This document shows, piece by piece, positions 27,882 to 36,201 of a stretch of DNA of 37,568 nt. The stretch comes from Candidatus Saccharimonadota bacterium (GTDB lineage: Bacteria; Patescibacteriota; Saccharimonadia; Saccharimonadales; Saccharimonadaceae): contig JAQGGV010000003.1 of NCBI GenBank assembly GCA_028289185.1, forward strand, positions 1-37,568. The letters are read 5' to 3'. Each line of letters begins with the position of its first letter. The first letter of the stretch is position 1. The notes beneath the pieces are model-generated. The model was not told the DNA's origin. It saw only the letters and a list, made by a program, of their open reading frames with translations, and did not search any database. The translations under genes were made by a program, and so were the position numbers.

Positions 27882-28055
27882 ATGAACGCATCAACACTCA
27901 TCAACGATCAAATGACACTGGAAGAAAAGCTCGCAGCTATCGATGCTGCTATGGCCACCGCACAGGCGACTGCTGACGACCAGGCTGCTGCCAATGGCAC
28001 CATTGCAGCACCACTTGATCCTGCTGATTTGACTATGTGCGAAGGCTGTCAGTAG
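27882..28055 (+). CDS. 57-aa acidic protein ending in CEGCQ; putative free-standing RNR alpha C-terminal redox tail
   Basis: SD AAGGGGA (same as nrdA); MNASTLINDQMTLEEKLAAIDAAMATAQATADDQAAANGTIAAPLDPADLTMCEGCQ. Below the ORF-track size cutoff. Confidence 0.85.
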   Translation: MNASTLINDQMTLEEKLAAIDAAMATAQATADDQAAANGTIAAPLDPADLTMCEGCQ

Positions 28056-28110
28056 GAATCTACGATGGCACGTTTGTTTACGACATTAATGAAAGGATTT
28101 GCAACATATC

Positions 28111-29106
28111 ATGGCAGGCATTCTCGGAACCGGCATTCAAGACGGATTGCTACTTAAACCGGTACATTATAAATGGGCAATGGACTTGTACGACCAAGCG
28201 GTCGCAAACACGTGGTTTCCAAATGAAATTCAGCTAGGCCAGGACCTTAGCGACTGGAAGAAAATGAGCGATGAAGAGCGTCACGCGGTGACGTTCCTGA
28301 TGAGCTATTTCAACCCGAACGAACTACTCGTCAACAAAGCATTGGCTTTTGGCGTCTATCCGTACGTTAACGCTGCAGAGTGTCACCTGTATCTGGCAAA
28401 ACAGATGTGGGAAGAGGCAAATCACTGCATGTCGTTTGAATACGTACTCGAAACCTTTCCGATCGACCGCGAGGCATCATATGCTGCGCACGTCGACACG
28501 CCATCAATGGCGCGCAAAGAGGAATTTGAGACAAAATATATCAAGCGTATGACCGAGGAAACGCTTGATATCAAAACCACCGAGGGTAAAAAGGACTTTA
28601 TTCGTAACTTGGTTGCGTACAACATCATCCTCGAGGGTATCTGGTTCTATAGTGGATTTATGGTGGCACTTAGTTTCCGCCAACGAAATCTCCTGCGTAA
28701 CTTTGGAGCACTGATTGACTGGGTCGTCCGCGATGATTCATTGCACATAAAGATTTGCATCAATTTGATCCTGACCGTTCTGGAAGAGAACGAAGACTTG
28801 CAAACAGAAGAATTTGCCGAGGAAATCAAGCAAATGATTTTGGATGGTGTCGAGATGGAAGAGGCTTACAATAAGGACCTACTGCCAAACGGCATCCTAG
28901 GCCTCAACAGTGACTACATCAACCAGTACGTCCGTTACTTGGCTGATCGTCGTCTGGAGGAACTTGGTTTTGGTACGCACTACAATGTGTCTAACCCCGC
29001 CAAATGGATGGCAACTGCTAACGATACGCTGCAACTGGTGAACTTCTTTGAAGCGACCAACACATCATACGAAGTGAACGCAACCGGAACGAAAAAGAAA
29101 GAATAG
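28111..29106 (+). CDS. nrdB: Ribonucleotide reductase beta subunit, class Ic (R2c)-like
   Basis: W-x-P-x-E, EEANH, LEGIWFYSGF, RDDSLH and C-terminal NFFE...Y motifs; Glu as first ligand and Phe at the radical Tyr position. Confidence 0.93.
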   Translation: MAGILGTGIQDGLLLKPVHYKWAMDLYDQAVANTWFPNEIQLGQDLSDWKKMSDEERHAVTFLMSYFNPNELLVNKALAFGVYPYVNAAECHLYLAKQMWEEANHCMSFEYVLETFPIDREASYAAHVDTPSMARKEEFETKYIKRMTEETLDIKTTEGKKDFIRNLVAYNIILEGIWFYSGFMVALSFRQRNLLRNFGALIDWVVRDDSLHIKICINLILTVLEENEDLQTEEFAEEIKQMILDGVEMEEAYNKDLLPNGILGLNSDYINQYVRYLADRRLEELGFGTHYNVSNPAKWMATANDTLQLVNFFEATNTSYEVNATGTKKKE

Positions 29107-29113
29107 GCCCAAC

Positions 29114-29713
29114 ATGCAGACTGAAATAGAGGTCAAGTATCTTGACGTCGACTTAGCTGATATCCGAAATAGGCTACAAAAAATCGGTGCAACGTTGGAA
29201 CAGCCGATGCGGCTTCTGCGCCGATCACTGATTGAAGAGCCGCATCATAAGGCAAAGCACGGCTTCATCCGGATTCGTGATCAGGGTGATAAAGTGACGA
29301 TGGCTTACAAGCAACGTGACGATGAGTTTGCGATGCACGGGACGAAGGAAGTTGAGATAGAAGTAAGTGACTTTCAGACAACCGTTGATCTAATGGAGGC
29401 TGCGGGTTGGCCAGTGATGACATACCAGGAATCAAAGCGCGAAACATGGCGAATTGGTGAAGCCGAAGTCGTATTAGATGAATGGCCGTGGATCAAACCG
29501 TACATCGAAATTGAGGCCCCTAGCGAAGAACTGGTGAAAAAAACCGCGCAAGAACTAGGATTAAACTGGAACGACCATGTTTTGGGTAGCGTCGACGTTA
29601 TTTATGAGCGCGATTACCCGGATATGAGTGTTCGCGGGATTATAGATATCAAAGAAGCACGTTTTGCCGACCCCATTCCACCTGAGTTCCTGGGCAAAGT
29701 TAAAGAGCAATAG
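29114..29713 (+). CDS. CYTH-domain (class IV adenylate cyclase-like / triphosphate tunnel) protein
   Basis: EIEVK N-terminal motif, IRIRD, EVEIEVSD, KRETW and YIEIE. Confidence 0.9.
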   Translation: MQTEIEVKYLDVDLADIRNRLQKIGATLEQPMRLLRRSLIEEPHHKAKHGFIRIRDQGDKVTMAYKQRDDEFAMHGTKEVEIEVSDFQTTVDLMEAAGWPVMTYQESKRETWRIGEAEVVLDEWPWIKPYIEIEAPSEELVKKTAQELGLNWNDHVLGSVDVIYERDYPDMSVRGIIDIKEARFADPIPPEFLGKVKEQ

Positions 29714-29727
29714 ACTATACTAAATAT

Positions 29728-31032
29728 ATGAAAACAACTCTCGTTATCTTTGGCATTACCGGCGACCTGGCCCAACGCAAATTACTCCCAGCGCTTGCGA
29801 ACGTTATCGAGGCTGATCAGGCTAGCGAACTGACGATTATTGGCGTGTCCAGGCGTGCTGTTGAGCAGTATCAGGTGCTTGGCGATCATCAACAGCTATC
29901 TGGTACAACGTCTATGCTACAGATGGACTTGGATAATCCAGAGGACTATCAAAAACTGCGAACATATATCGCACAGACCGACGACGAACAAGTGCTGTTT
30001 TATCTGTCGGTACCACCAGAGTCAGCGAGTGGCATTGTCGAGAATTTGGGTAAAGCCGGCATGAACGGACAGCATAATAAACTGCTGCTTGAAAAGCCTT
30101 TTGGCCGTGATTTGGCCAGTGCTCAAGCGATGATTGATCACACTGCCGAATATTTCCATGAATCTCAGATTTATCGTATCGATCACTATTTAGCCAAGGA
30201 AATGGCGCAAAATATCGTAACATTTCGGGCGCGTAACGCCATCTTTTCGTATCTGTGGAGCAATGAATATATTGAACGAATCGAGGTGATAGCGCTGGAG
30301 TCGATTGGTATCGAGGGCCGTACTAGTTTTTATGAACAAACGGGCGCCTTGCGCGACATCGTTCAAGGGCATCTGCTGCAATTACTTGCACTAACATTGG
30401 CGCCACTGCCGGGCGAGTTGAACTGGGATAGCTTGCCGACACGTCGCATGGCTGCGCTTGATGCCATTACGACAGTCAACCCGACCAAGGCTGTTCGAGC
30501 GCAGTATGATACCTATCGCCAAGAGGTAGGAAATCCCGAAAGCTTGGTTGAGACTTTTGTATCTGTCGAACTGGAGTCGTCCGACCCGTCATGGACGGGT
30601 GTGCCATTGGCGCTGACAACAGGTAAATCGCTCGACCGCAAAAAAACCGAAGTTCGAGTTCATTTCCGCCGCATGAACGATACGCAGAGTAACTATTTGA
30701 TATTCAAGATTCAGCCCGATGAAGGTATCGCAATTGATTTGGTGACCAAAAAGCCCGGGTATGACATGGATGTCGAGCATCAGAAGTTGAGTTATATGTA
30801 CCCAGCCGACCAACGCCTGCCGGATGCTTACGAACAGGTGCTGGTGGACGCGATGAACAGCCGCAAGAGCCTGTTTGCCACTAGCGGTGAAGTTCTGCGC
30901 GCTTGGGAGATCCTGGCACCTTTGCAGCAAGCGTGGAGCAGTAAGACAGATATTGCGACGTACACGAGTGGTATGAATGCTGCCGCAGTCATTTCCGAGG
31001 CGACTCAGTCAAATCAACAACAGACGACGTAA
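29728..31032 (+). CDS. zwf: Glucose-6-phosphate 1-dehydrogenase
   Basis: IFGITGDLAQRKLLP, LEKPFG, YRIDHYLAKE and GALRDIVQGHLLQ motifs. Confidence 0.95.
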   Translation: MKTTLVIFGITGDLAQRKLLPALANVIEADQASELTIIGVSRRAVEQYQVLGDHQQLSGTTSMLQMDLDNPEDYQKLRTYIAQTDDEQVLFYLSVPPESASGIVENLGKAGMNGQHNKLLLEKPFGRDLASAQAMIDHTAEYFHESQIYRIDHYLAKEMAQNIVTFRARNAIFSYLWSNEYIERIEVIALESIGIEGRTSFYEQTGALRDIVQGHLLQLLALTLAPLPGELNWDSLPTRRMAALDAITTVNPTKAVRAQYDTYRQEVGNPESLVETFVSVELESSDPSWTGVPLALTTGKSLDRKKTEVRVHFRRMNDTQSNYLIFKIQPDEGIAIDLVTKKPGYDMDVEHQKLSYMYPADQRLPDAYEQVLVDAMNSRKSLFATSGEVLRAWEILAPLQQAWSSKTDIATYTSGMNAAAVISEATQSNQQQTT

Positions 31033-31074
31033 ACTCTAGCATTAACGGTAGTGGTGGTGCTACAATGAAGTCCC

Positions 31075-32688
31075 ATGGGAGAGACGTCAACTATGGATTC
31101 TGAGAAGAAATCGAAACAGAAATTTATTTTCGTTACCGGAGGAGTCCTATCAGGGGTAGGTAAAGGTATCAGTGCAGCTAGTATTGGTGCAGTCCTGCAG
31201 GCCAAAGGTGTAAACGTCTCAATTCAAAAATGTGACCCGTATCTGAATGTGGATGCGGGTCTTTTGAACCCCGCCGAACACGGCGAGTGTTTCGTGACAA
31301 TTGATGGTGCCGAAACGGACTTGGACCTTGGTCACTACGAGCGTTTTTTGGATTTGGAACTCACACAGAAAAACGCGACGTTATCAGGCCGTCTGTTGTC
31401 ACAATTGATTATGGACGAACGTGCAGGTAAGTTTGGTGGCAAAACCGTCCAATTGGTGCCACACCTGACAGGAGCTATCCAGGACGCTATCCAGCTGGCT
31501 GCTGATGGAAGTGATGTACATATCGTCGAAATCGGTGGTACGGTCGGTGACTATGAGGGCCTGAGCTTTGTAGAGGCGATTCGTGAATTTGCGGCACGTG
31601 TTGGTCGCGAGAATTGTCTGTATGTGCACGTTGTGTATGTGCCGTTTATCGGGACTAGCAAGGAATTCAAGACAAAACCGGCGCAAAACGCGCTCAATGA
31701 CCTGCGCGGATTTGGTATTGTGCCTGACTGCGTGATTGTGCGTACCGATGACCCTGCGCCAGAGAACGTTGCTGGCAAAATTAGCCAATTTAGTGGTGTA
31801 CGTGAGGACGCGGTTATCTTGCTGTCGAATGCCAAGACCGTGTTTAAGGTGCCGCAACTTATCGCCGCCAGTGGCATCAATGATGTCCTGACCAGGTTTA
31901 CCGGCAACGACAACGTGCCCGACCTCAGTAAGTGGGACAAAATTATCGAGGCGCAGGCAAAGCAGTATGATAAAACAGTTACCGTCGGCTTGGTCGCCAA
32001 ATACATGGACAACGAGGACACGTATATATCTGTTCTCGAGGCGCTCAAAGCGGCTGCTTGGCAAGAGGACGTTGGCCTCGATATCAAATGGATTAACGCT
32101 GAAACTGCAGCCGATGAGGATTTTAACTCTGTCGATGGACTCGTCGTTCCTGGGGGATTTGGTGAACGCGGTGTACCTGGCAAAATTAATGCTGCGATGT
32201 ATGCACTTGATCACAAAAAGCCGTACCTTGGTCTCTGTTTGGGGCTACAGGTTGCGGTTGTTGCGGCAGCTCGTCGAAGTGGCCTCGCAGACGCCAATAG
32301 CACCGAATTTGACGCTAACACGCCCAACAATGTCGTCTATATCATGGAGGGTCAGCAAGGCAAGGAATCAACTGGTGGCACGCTGCGTCTGGGTAACTAC
32401 GACGCCAAGCTCTATGACGGCACCAAAGTTGCCGAGGCTTACGGGGTAACTGATGTTGTTGAGCGCCACCGTCACCGCTATGAGGTGAACCAATCGTTTA
32501 CAGAAGCCATTAATAACGGTGGACTGCAGATTAGCGGTACATCCCCGGATGGTAAATTGGTTGAATTCGTCGAAGCATCGGATCACCCCTACATGGTCGC
32601 TACGCAGGCTCACCCAGAACTCAAATCTCGTCCAAATCGCCCACACCCTCTGTTCGTCGGTTTGATTCGCGCAGCCAAGCAGGTATAA
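31075..32688 (+). CDS. pyrG: CTP synthase
   Basis: FVTGGVLSGVGKG, DPYLNVDAG, GLCLGLQ, RHRHRYE and QAHPE motifs. Confidence 0.98.
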   Translation: MGETSTMDSEKKSKQKFIFVTGGVLSGVGKGISAASIGAVLQAKGVNVSIQKCDPYLNVDAGLLNPAEHGECFVTIDGAETDLDLGHYERFLDLELTQKNATLSGRLLSQLIMDERAGKFGGKTVQLVPHLTGAIQDAIQLAADGSDVHIVEIGGTVGDYEGLSFVEAIREFAARVGRENCLYVHVVYVPFIGTSKEFKTKPAQNALNDLRGFGIVPDCVIVRTDDPAPENVAGKISQFSGVREDAVILLSNAKTVFKVPQLIAASGINDVLTRFTGNDNVPDLSKWDKIIEAQAKQYDKTVTVGLVAKYMDNEDTYISVLEALKAAAWQEDVGLDIKWINAETAADEDFNSVDGLVVPGGFGERGVPGKINAAMYALDHKKPYLGLCLGLQVAVVAAARRSGLADANSTEFDANTPNNVVYIMEGQQGKESTGGTLRLGNYDAKLYDGTKVAEAYGVTDVVERHRHRYEVNQSFTEAINNGGLQISGTSPDGKLVEFVEASDHPYMVATQAHPELKSRPNRPHPLFVGLIRAAKQV

Positions 32689-32823
32689 TAACCCCAGAAT
32701 ATGGCGATTCTTCAAGTAGCACCGGGAACGCACACCCGGTAAGCGCGAAGCCAAAAGATATTCGTGTGCACTATAGCGGTCGGTCGATAGCTATAGTCAT
32801 AACAATCTAACGGAGAAACGACT

Positions 32824-33015
32824 ATGTCAGATGACAAAAAGTCACTCTCAGAGCGTCACGCGGAACATCGTGAAGAAAACTGGGACTGGAACGCTCATAT
32901 GAAAAACTGGCGCTCCTGGGGAAGTTGGTTCAGCTGGGGTTCACCAGTTGGGCTGGGACTCTTCCTTGTTCTCACAGCTGTTGCCACGTGGATTTTCTTC
33001 CACGCTGCTAAGTAG
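32824..33015 (+). CDS. Small Trp-rich membrane protein
   Basis: SD GGAG; 63 aa with a C-terminal TM helix; followed by a hairpin. Confidence 0.7.
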   Translation: MSDDKKSLSERHAEHREENWDWNAHMKNWRSWGSWFSWGSPVGLGLFLVLTAVATWIFFHAAK

Positions 33016-33032
33016 CCGCCAAATTGCCAATG

Positions 33033-33052
33033 CAGCCCTTTGGGGCTGTTTT
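33033..33052 (+). terminator. Intrinsic terminator
   Basis: CAGCCC-TTTG-GGGCTG-TTTT. Confidence 0.6.
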
Positions 33053-33114
33053 GGTATCTTGACAGGAGTAAGCACAAGTGCTATAGTGACTGTAAAGGTT
33101 ATATAAACAAACAG

Positions 33115-33312
33115 ATGCAACAAGACGATCCAGCCAATGACCCACTAAACTACCACGATGATAATCGTGTCCTGCGTTATTTGCTGCACAACGTGAAAGG
33201 TCTGAGCCCAGTATCAGGCGGTGTTCTAGGGGAAGCCCTGGAAAACGAATACGAGAGTGCTGAAGATGATGCGGCTGCAGGCCAAGATCTCGACTTCGGC
33301 TCTGACGTTTAA
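33115..33312 (+). CDS. Small acidic hypothetical protein (65 aa)
   Basis: ATG 33115 after AAAGG and an A-rich spacer; fills the gap before argS. Confidence 0.55.
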   Translation: MQQDDPANDPLNYHDDNRVLRYLLHNVKGLSPVSGGVLGEALENEYESAEDDAAAGQDLDFGSDV

Positions 33313-33342
33313 ACCCCTTCTCAATCTGTTATACTATGAGCA

Positions 33343-35007
33343 ATGGAACAGAAAATTGCTCAGCTTGTATTTGATGAATTCGGCCAACAGGTCGAAGTTG
33401 CTCTGACGCGACCCGATGCCGAATTTGGCGACTATGCGACCAACGTCGCACTGCAACTTGCAGGCAAGGTCGGTAAAGCGCCCAGAGAAATCGCCGAACA
33501 GCTGGCAAGCAAAATTCGCGATACTGATGGCTTCGCTGACGTAACCGTCGCGGGACCGGGCTTTATCAACATTCATCTCGAGCCTCAGCAGTTGCTAGAA
33601 CTTGTCAAAAGTGAGCCAACTCCACAATATCCTGGACAGGTAATTGTCCTCGAATATAGTTGCCCGAATGCGTTCAAGGAACTGCACACCGGGCATCTAT
33701 ACCAGACAGTTTTTGGCGACATCCTCAGTAGGCTTCTGCTTGTCAGCGGAGCCAAACTACAGCGGACGAGTTTTGGCGGTGATGTAGGGCTGCACGTCGC
33801 GAAATGTCTGTACGGCATGGTGCAAAACTTTGGAGGCGAGTACCCAGAGAAACTCGAAACGATAGATACTGATCCATTTGAACGAGCCCGCTGGATTAGT
33901 GAGCGATATGTCGAGGGAGCGAGCGCCTACGAGGATAATCCTGATGCAAAAGCGACCATCGATGAGTTGAACAAGACGATATATGGTTTCCACGACAGCG
34001 ATGATCACGAGTCGCCACTGGCAAAAATATACTGGGAAACAAGGCAGTGGAGCTTTGATTATTTCGATGCTTTTTACAAATTAATCGACGTTGATTCTAT
34101 GCCGTACTACCCGGAGAGTGCGACAGCTCCAACTGGCCTCAAGGTCGTCAAAGAACAACTAGCCCTGGGTAAATTAAAGGAATCAGAAGGCGCTATTGTA
34201 TTTGAAGGTGACGAAGACAAACACCTGCACACACGCGTATTTATCACATCCAAAGGTCTACCAACGTACGAAACGAAAGATATCGGGGTTATTTGGCAAG
34301 AGCGTGAAGATTATCATTTTGACCACCGTTATCTGATCACGGGCAACGATCAGCGTGAGTATATGCGCGTCGTGTTTGCTGCGGCTGAGACATTCGATCC
34401 ATCGCTGTCGGGGACGATGACACATCTGACAAATGGCACCGTCCGATTTGCTGATGGCAAAAAAATGAGCTCGCGATTGGGAAATGTAGCACGGGCGATT
34501 GATGTCGTCGATATTGTTCGTGAAAAGGTGGCAGAAATTGTCGAGGACAAATCAATTATTGAAGACGTGACGCTCGGCGCGATCAAGTACGTCTTTGCAA
34601 AGTATAAATTAGGCGGAGATATCGCCTTTGATATCGAGGAAACGGTCAGTTTGCAGGGTAACTCTGGCCCGTATTTGCAATACGCACATGCACGTGCCAG
34701 GCGTATTTTGGAAAAAGCTGGTGGAGTTGTCGTGTCACTTGATGAGGTCCGCGACGAGGATCGTTTGCTGGTACGAAAGCTTGGGGAATATAGTGAAACT
34801 ATTGAACTGGCCGCAAAAAATTTGGAACCGCATCACATCTGTAATTACCTGTTTGAACTGGCGCAAGAGTTCAACCGCTACTACGAAAAAAACCAAGTCA
34901 TCGGCAATGAACACGAGCAGCACCGTTTGGGCCTGGTTGCGACTTATGCCGATACACTGCGCGCCGGATTGATGATTCTCGGTATTGCAGCACCCGACAA
35001 AATGTAG
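33343..35007 (+). CDS. argS: Arginyl-tRNA synthetase
   Basis: FGDYATN, GPGFIN, PNAFKELHTGH, KMSSR and GPYLQYAHAR motifs. Confidence 0.97.
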   Translation: MEQKIAQLVFDEFGQQVEVALTRPDAEFGDYATNVALQLAGKVGKAPREIAEQLASKIRDTDGFADVTVAGPGFINIHLEPQQLLELVKSEPTPQYPGQVIVLEYSCPNAFKELHTGHLYQTVFGDILSRLLLVSGAKLQRTSFGGDVGLHVAKCLYGMVQNFGGEYPEKLETIDTDPFERARWISERYVEGASAYEDNPDAKATIDELNKTIYGFHDSDDHESPLAKIYWETRQWSFDYFDAFYKLIDVDSMPYYPESATAPTGLKVVKEQLALGKLKESEGAIVFEGDEDKHLHTRVFITSKGLPTYETKDIGVIWQEREDYHFDHRYLITGNDQREYMRVVFAAAETFDPSLSGTMTHLTNGTVRFADGKKMSSRLGNVARAIDVVDIVREKVAEIVEDKSIIEDVTLGAIKYVFAKYKLGGDIAFDIEETVSLQGNSGPYLQYAHARARRILEKAGGVVVSLDEVRDEDRLLVRKLGEYSETIELAAKNLEPHHICNYLFELAQEFNRYYEKNQVIGNEHEQHRLGLVATYADTLRAGLMILGIAAPDKM

Positions 35008-35019
35008 TAAATTAAACAT

Positions 35020-35094
35020 ATGGGATATACATCTCGCCAAAACTCAATCGTTTGCAGCCTCGTGCTCGTGATTATTGACGTACCGGCGAGTTAG
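35020..35094 (+). CDS. Putative attenuator leader peptide (24 aa, Val/Leu/Ile-rich)
   Basis: Leaderless ATG 6 nt after TAAATT; MGYTSRQNSIVCSLVLVIIDVPAS. Confidence 0.55.
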   Translation: MGYTSRQNSIVCSLVLVIIDVPAS

Positions 35095-35125
35095 TTTTTG
35101 CGCATTCCCAACCCAAGCATGAACG

Positions 35126-35152
35126 ACTCGCCAAGAAGGCGAGTATTTTTTT
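35126..35152 (+). terminator. Leader (attenuator) terminator
   Basis: ACTCGCC-AAGAA-GGCGAGT-A-TTTTTTT. Confidence 0.75.
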
Positions 35153-35214
35153 GCTCGGAGCGCACGCACCGCATAGCGACCGCTAGCGGAACAACAATTT
35201 GGAGGAGAAGTACG

Positions 35215-35571
35215 GTGAAGCAACACCTTGGCGAAAGCCTTGAGGAGATCGACCTTCGGGTATACCTCTGCGTAGCGAGTGGCGAGAACAAAGTCATTCA
35301 CTACACGAAGAACTGCTCGAGGGATCTGTTCAACAAGTTGAAGATCGCGTACCGATTCAATAGCGACGTGTTCAACTCGTTGAAGAGACTCGAAAACTCG
35401 GGTTGCATCAGACGGGAGTTCATCCAACTCCACCCGAAAGAGGTAAAGCGGAAGATTTACTCGGCGCAGACGAAGGTCGTCATCACGGCCATTCGCCCGC
35501 CGATTCCGCCCAAAGACGAGAGCAAGCTTGTGGCCACCCCGCCCATGCTCGCCACCGTTGGTGTCGGCTAG
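35215..35571 (+). CDS. Small winged-helix protein, PadR-like
   Basis: SD GGAGG before GTG 35215; VFNSLKRLENSGCI...KRKIYS resembles the PadR recognition helix and wing. Confidence 0.6.
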   Translation: MKQHLGESLEEIDLRVYLCVASGENKVIHYTKNCSRDLFNKLKIAYRFNSDVFNSLKRLENSGCIRREFIQLHPKEVKRKIYSAQTKVVITAIRPPIPPKDESKLVATPPMLATVGVG

Positions 35572-35736
35572 AACTCCGACAAGGTCTTACGTAGCTGCTT
35601 ACCCAGCGGATACGTAGGGGTGGTCGGGAGAAGCGTAACATGCCTCTCCCGACCACCAACACCAAACTTCTCCTCCTTTACTCCCACTCATTTTTCGATA
35701 CAATAACAGATATACAGTTAATACAGGAGTATCACT

Positions 35737-36174
35737 ATGGCAGACGATAAATCAGTAAAAAAACCATCCAAAGCCGCCGCCGCACGAGCAAAAGCCGCCG
35801 CTGCGCGTTCCAGGGCAGCCGCCGCATCATCAAGGGCAAACGCAGTGACTCATGGCCATGGCGGGGGATTCATCGAATTTATCCGTACTCAGGGCGTCAT
35901 CGGCCTGGCTGTAGGTTTGGCCATTGGTACCGCCGCGGGCGCATCAGTCAAAGCAATTGTCGCTGGCTTCATTAATCCAATCGTGCAGTTTATCATTGGA
36001 TCTCAGGATGGTCTGGATTCTGCTTCGTGGCACGTCGTTCTGTGGGGTCGCAAAGCTGACTTTTTGTGGGGCGCGGCGATTTCATCGGTCATTACCTTGC
36101 TGGCAACGGCACTAGTCATTTACTGGATTATCAATATATTCAAACTAGATAAACTCGACAAGAAAAAGGACTGA
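35737..36174 (+). CDS. mscL: Large-conductance mechanosensitive channel family protein
   Basis: FIEFIRTQGVIGLAVGLAIG, INPIV and a second TM helix; SD AGGAG. Confidence 0.88.
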   Translation: MADDKSVKKPSKAAAARAKAAAARSRAAAASSRANAVTHGHGGGFIEFIRTQGVIGLAVGLAIGTAAGASVKAIVAGFINPIVQFIIGSQDGLDSASWHVVLWGRKADFLWGAAISSVITLLATALVIYWIINIFKLDKLDKKKD

Positions 36175-36201
36175 ACATTCATAGAAAGGTATAATAAGTA
36201 T

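Noticed and set aside
27789..27882. Programmed frameshift or readthrough joining nrdA to the CEGCQ ORF
   Set aside because: 92-nt gap in a different frame with stop codons, and the small ORF has its own SD; a separate gene is simpler.
35044..35433. 129-aa minus-strand ORF
   Set aside because: Antisense to the SD-led wHTH gene and its leader; no convincing start signals.
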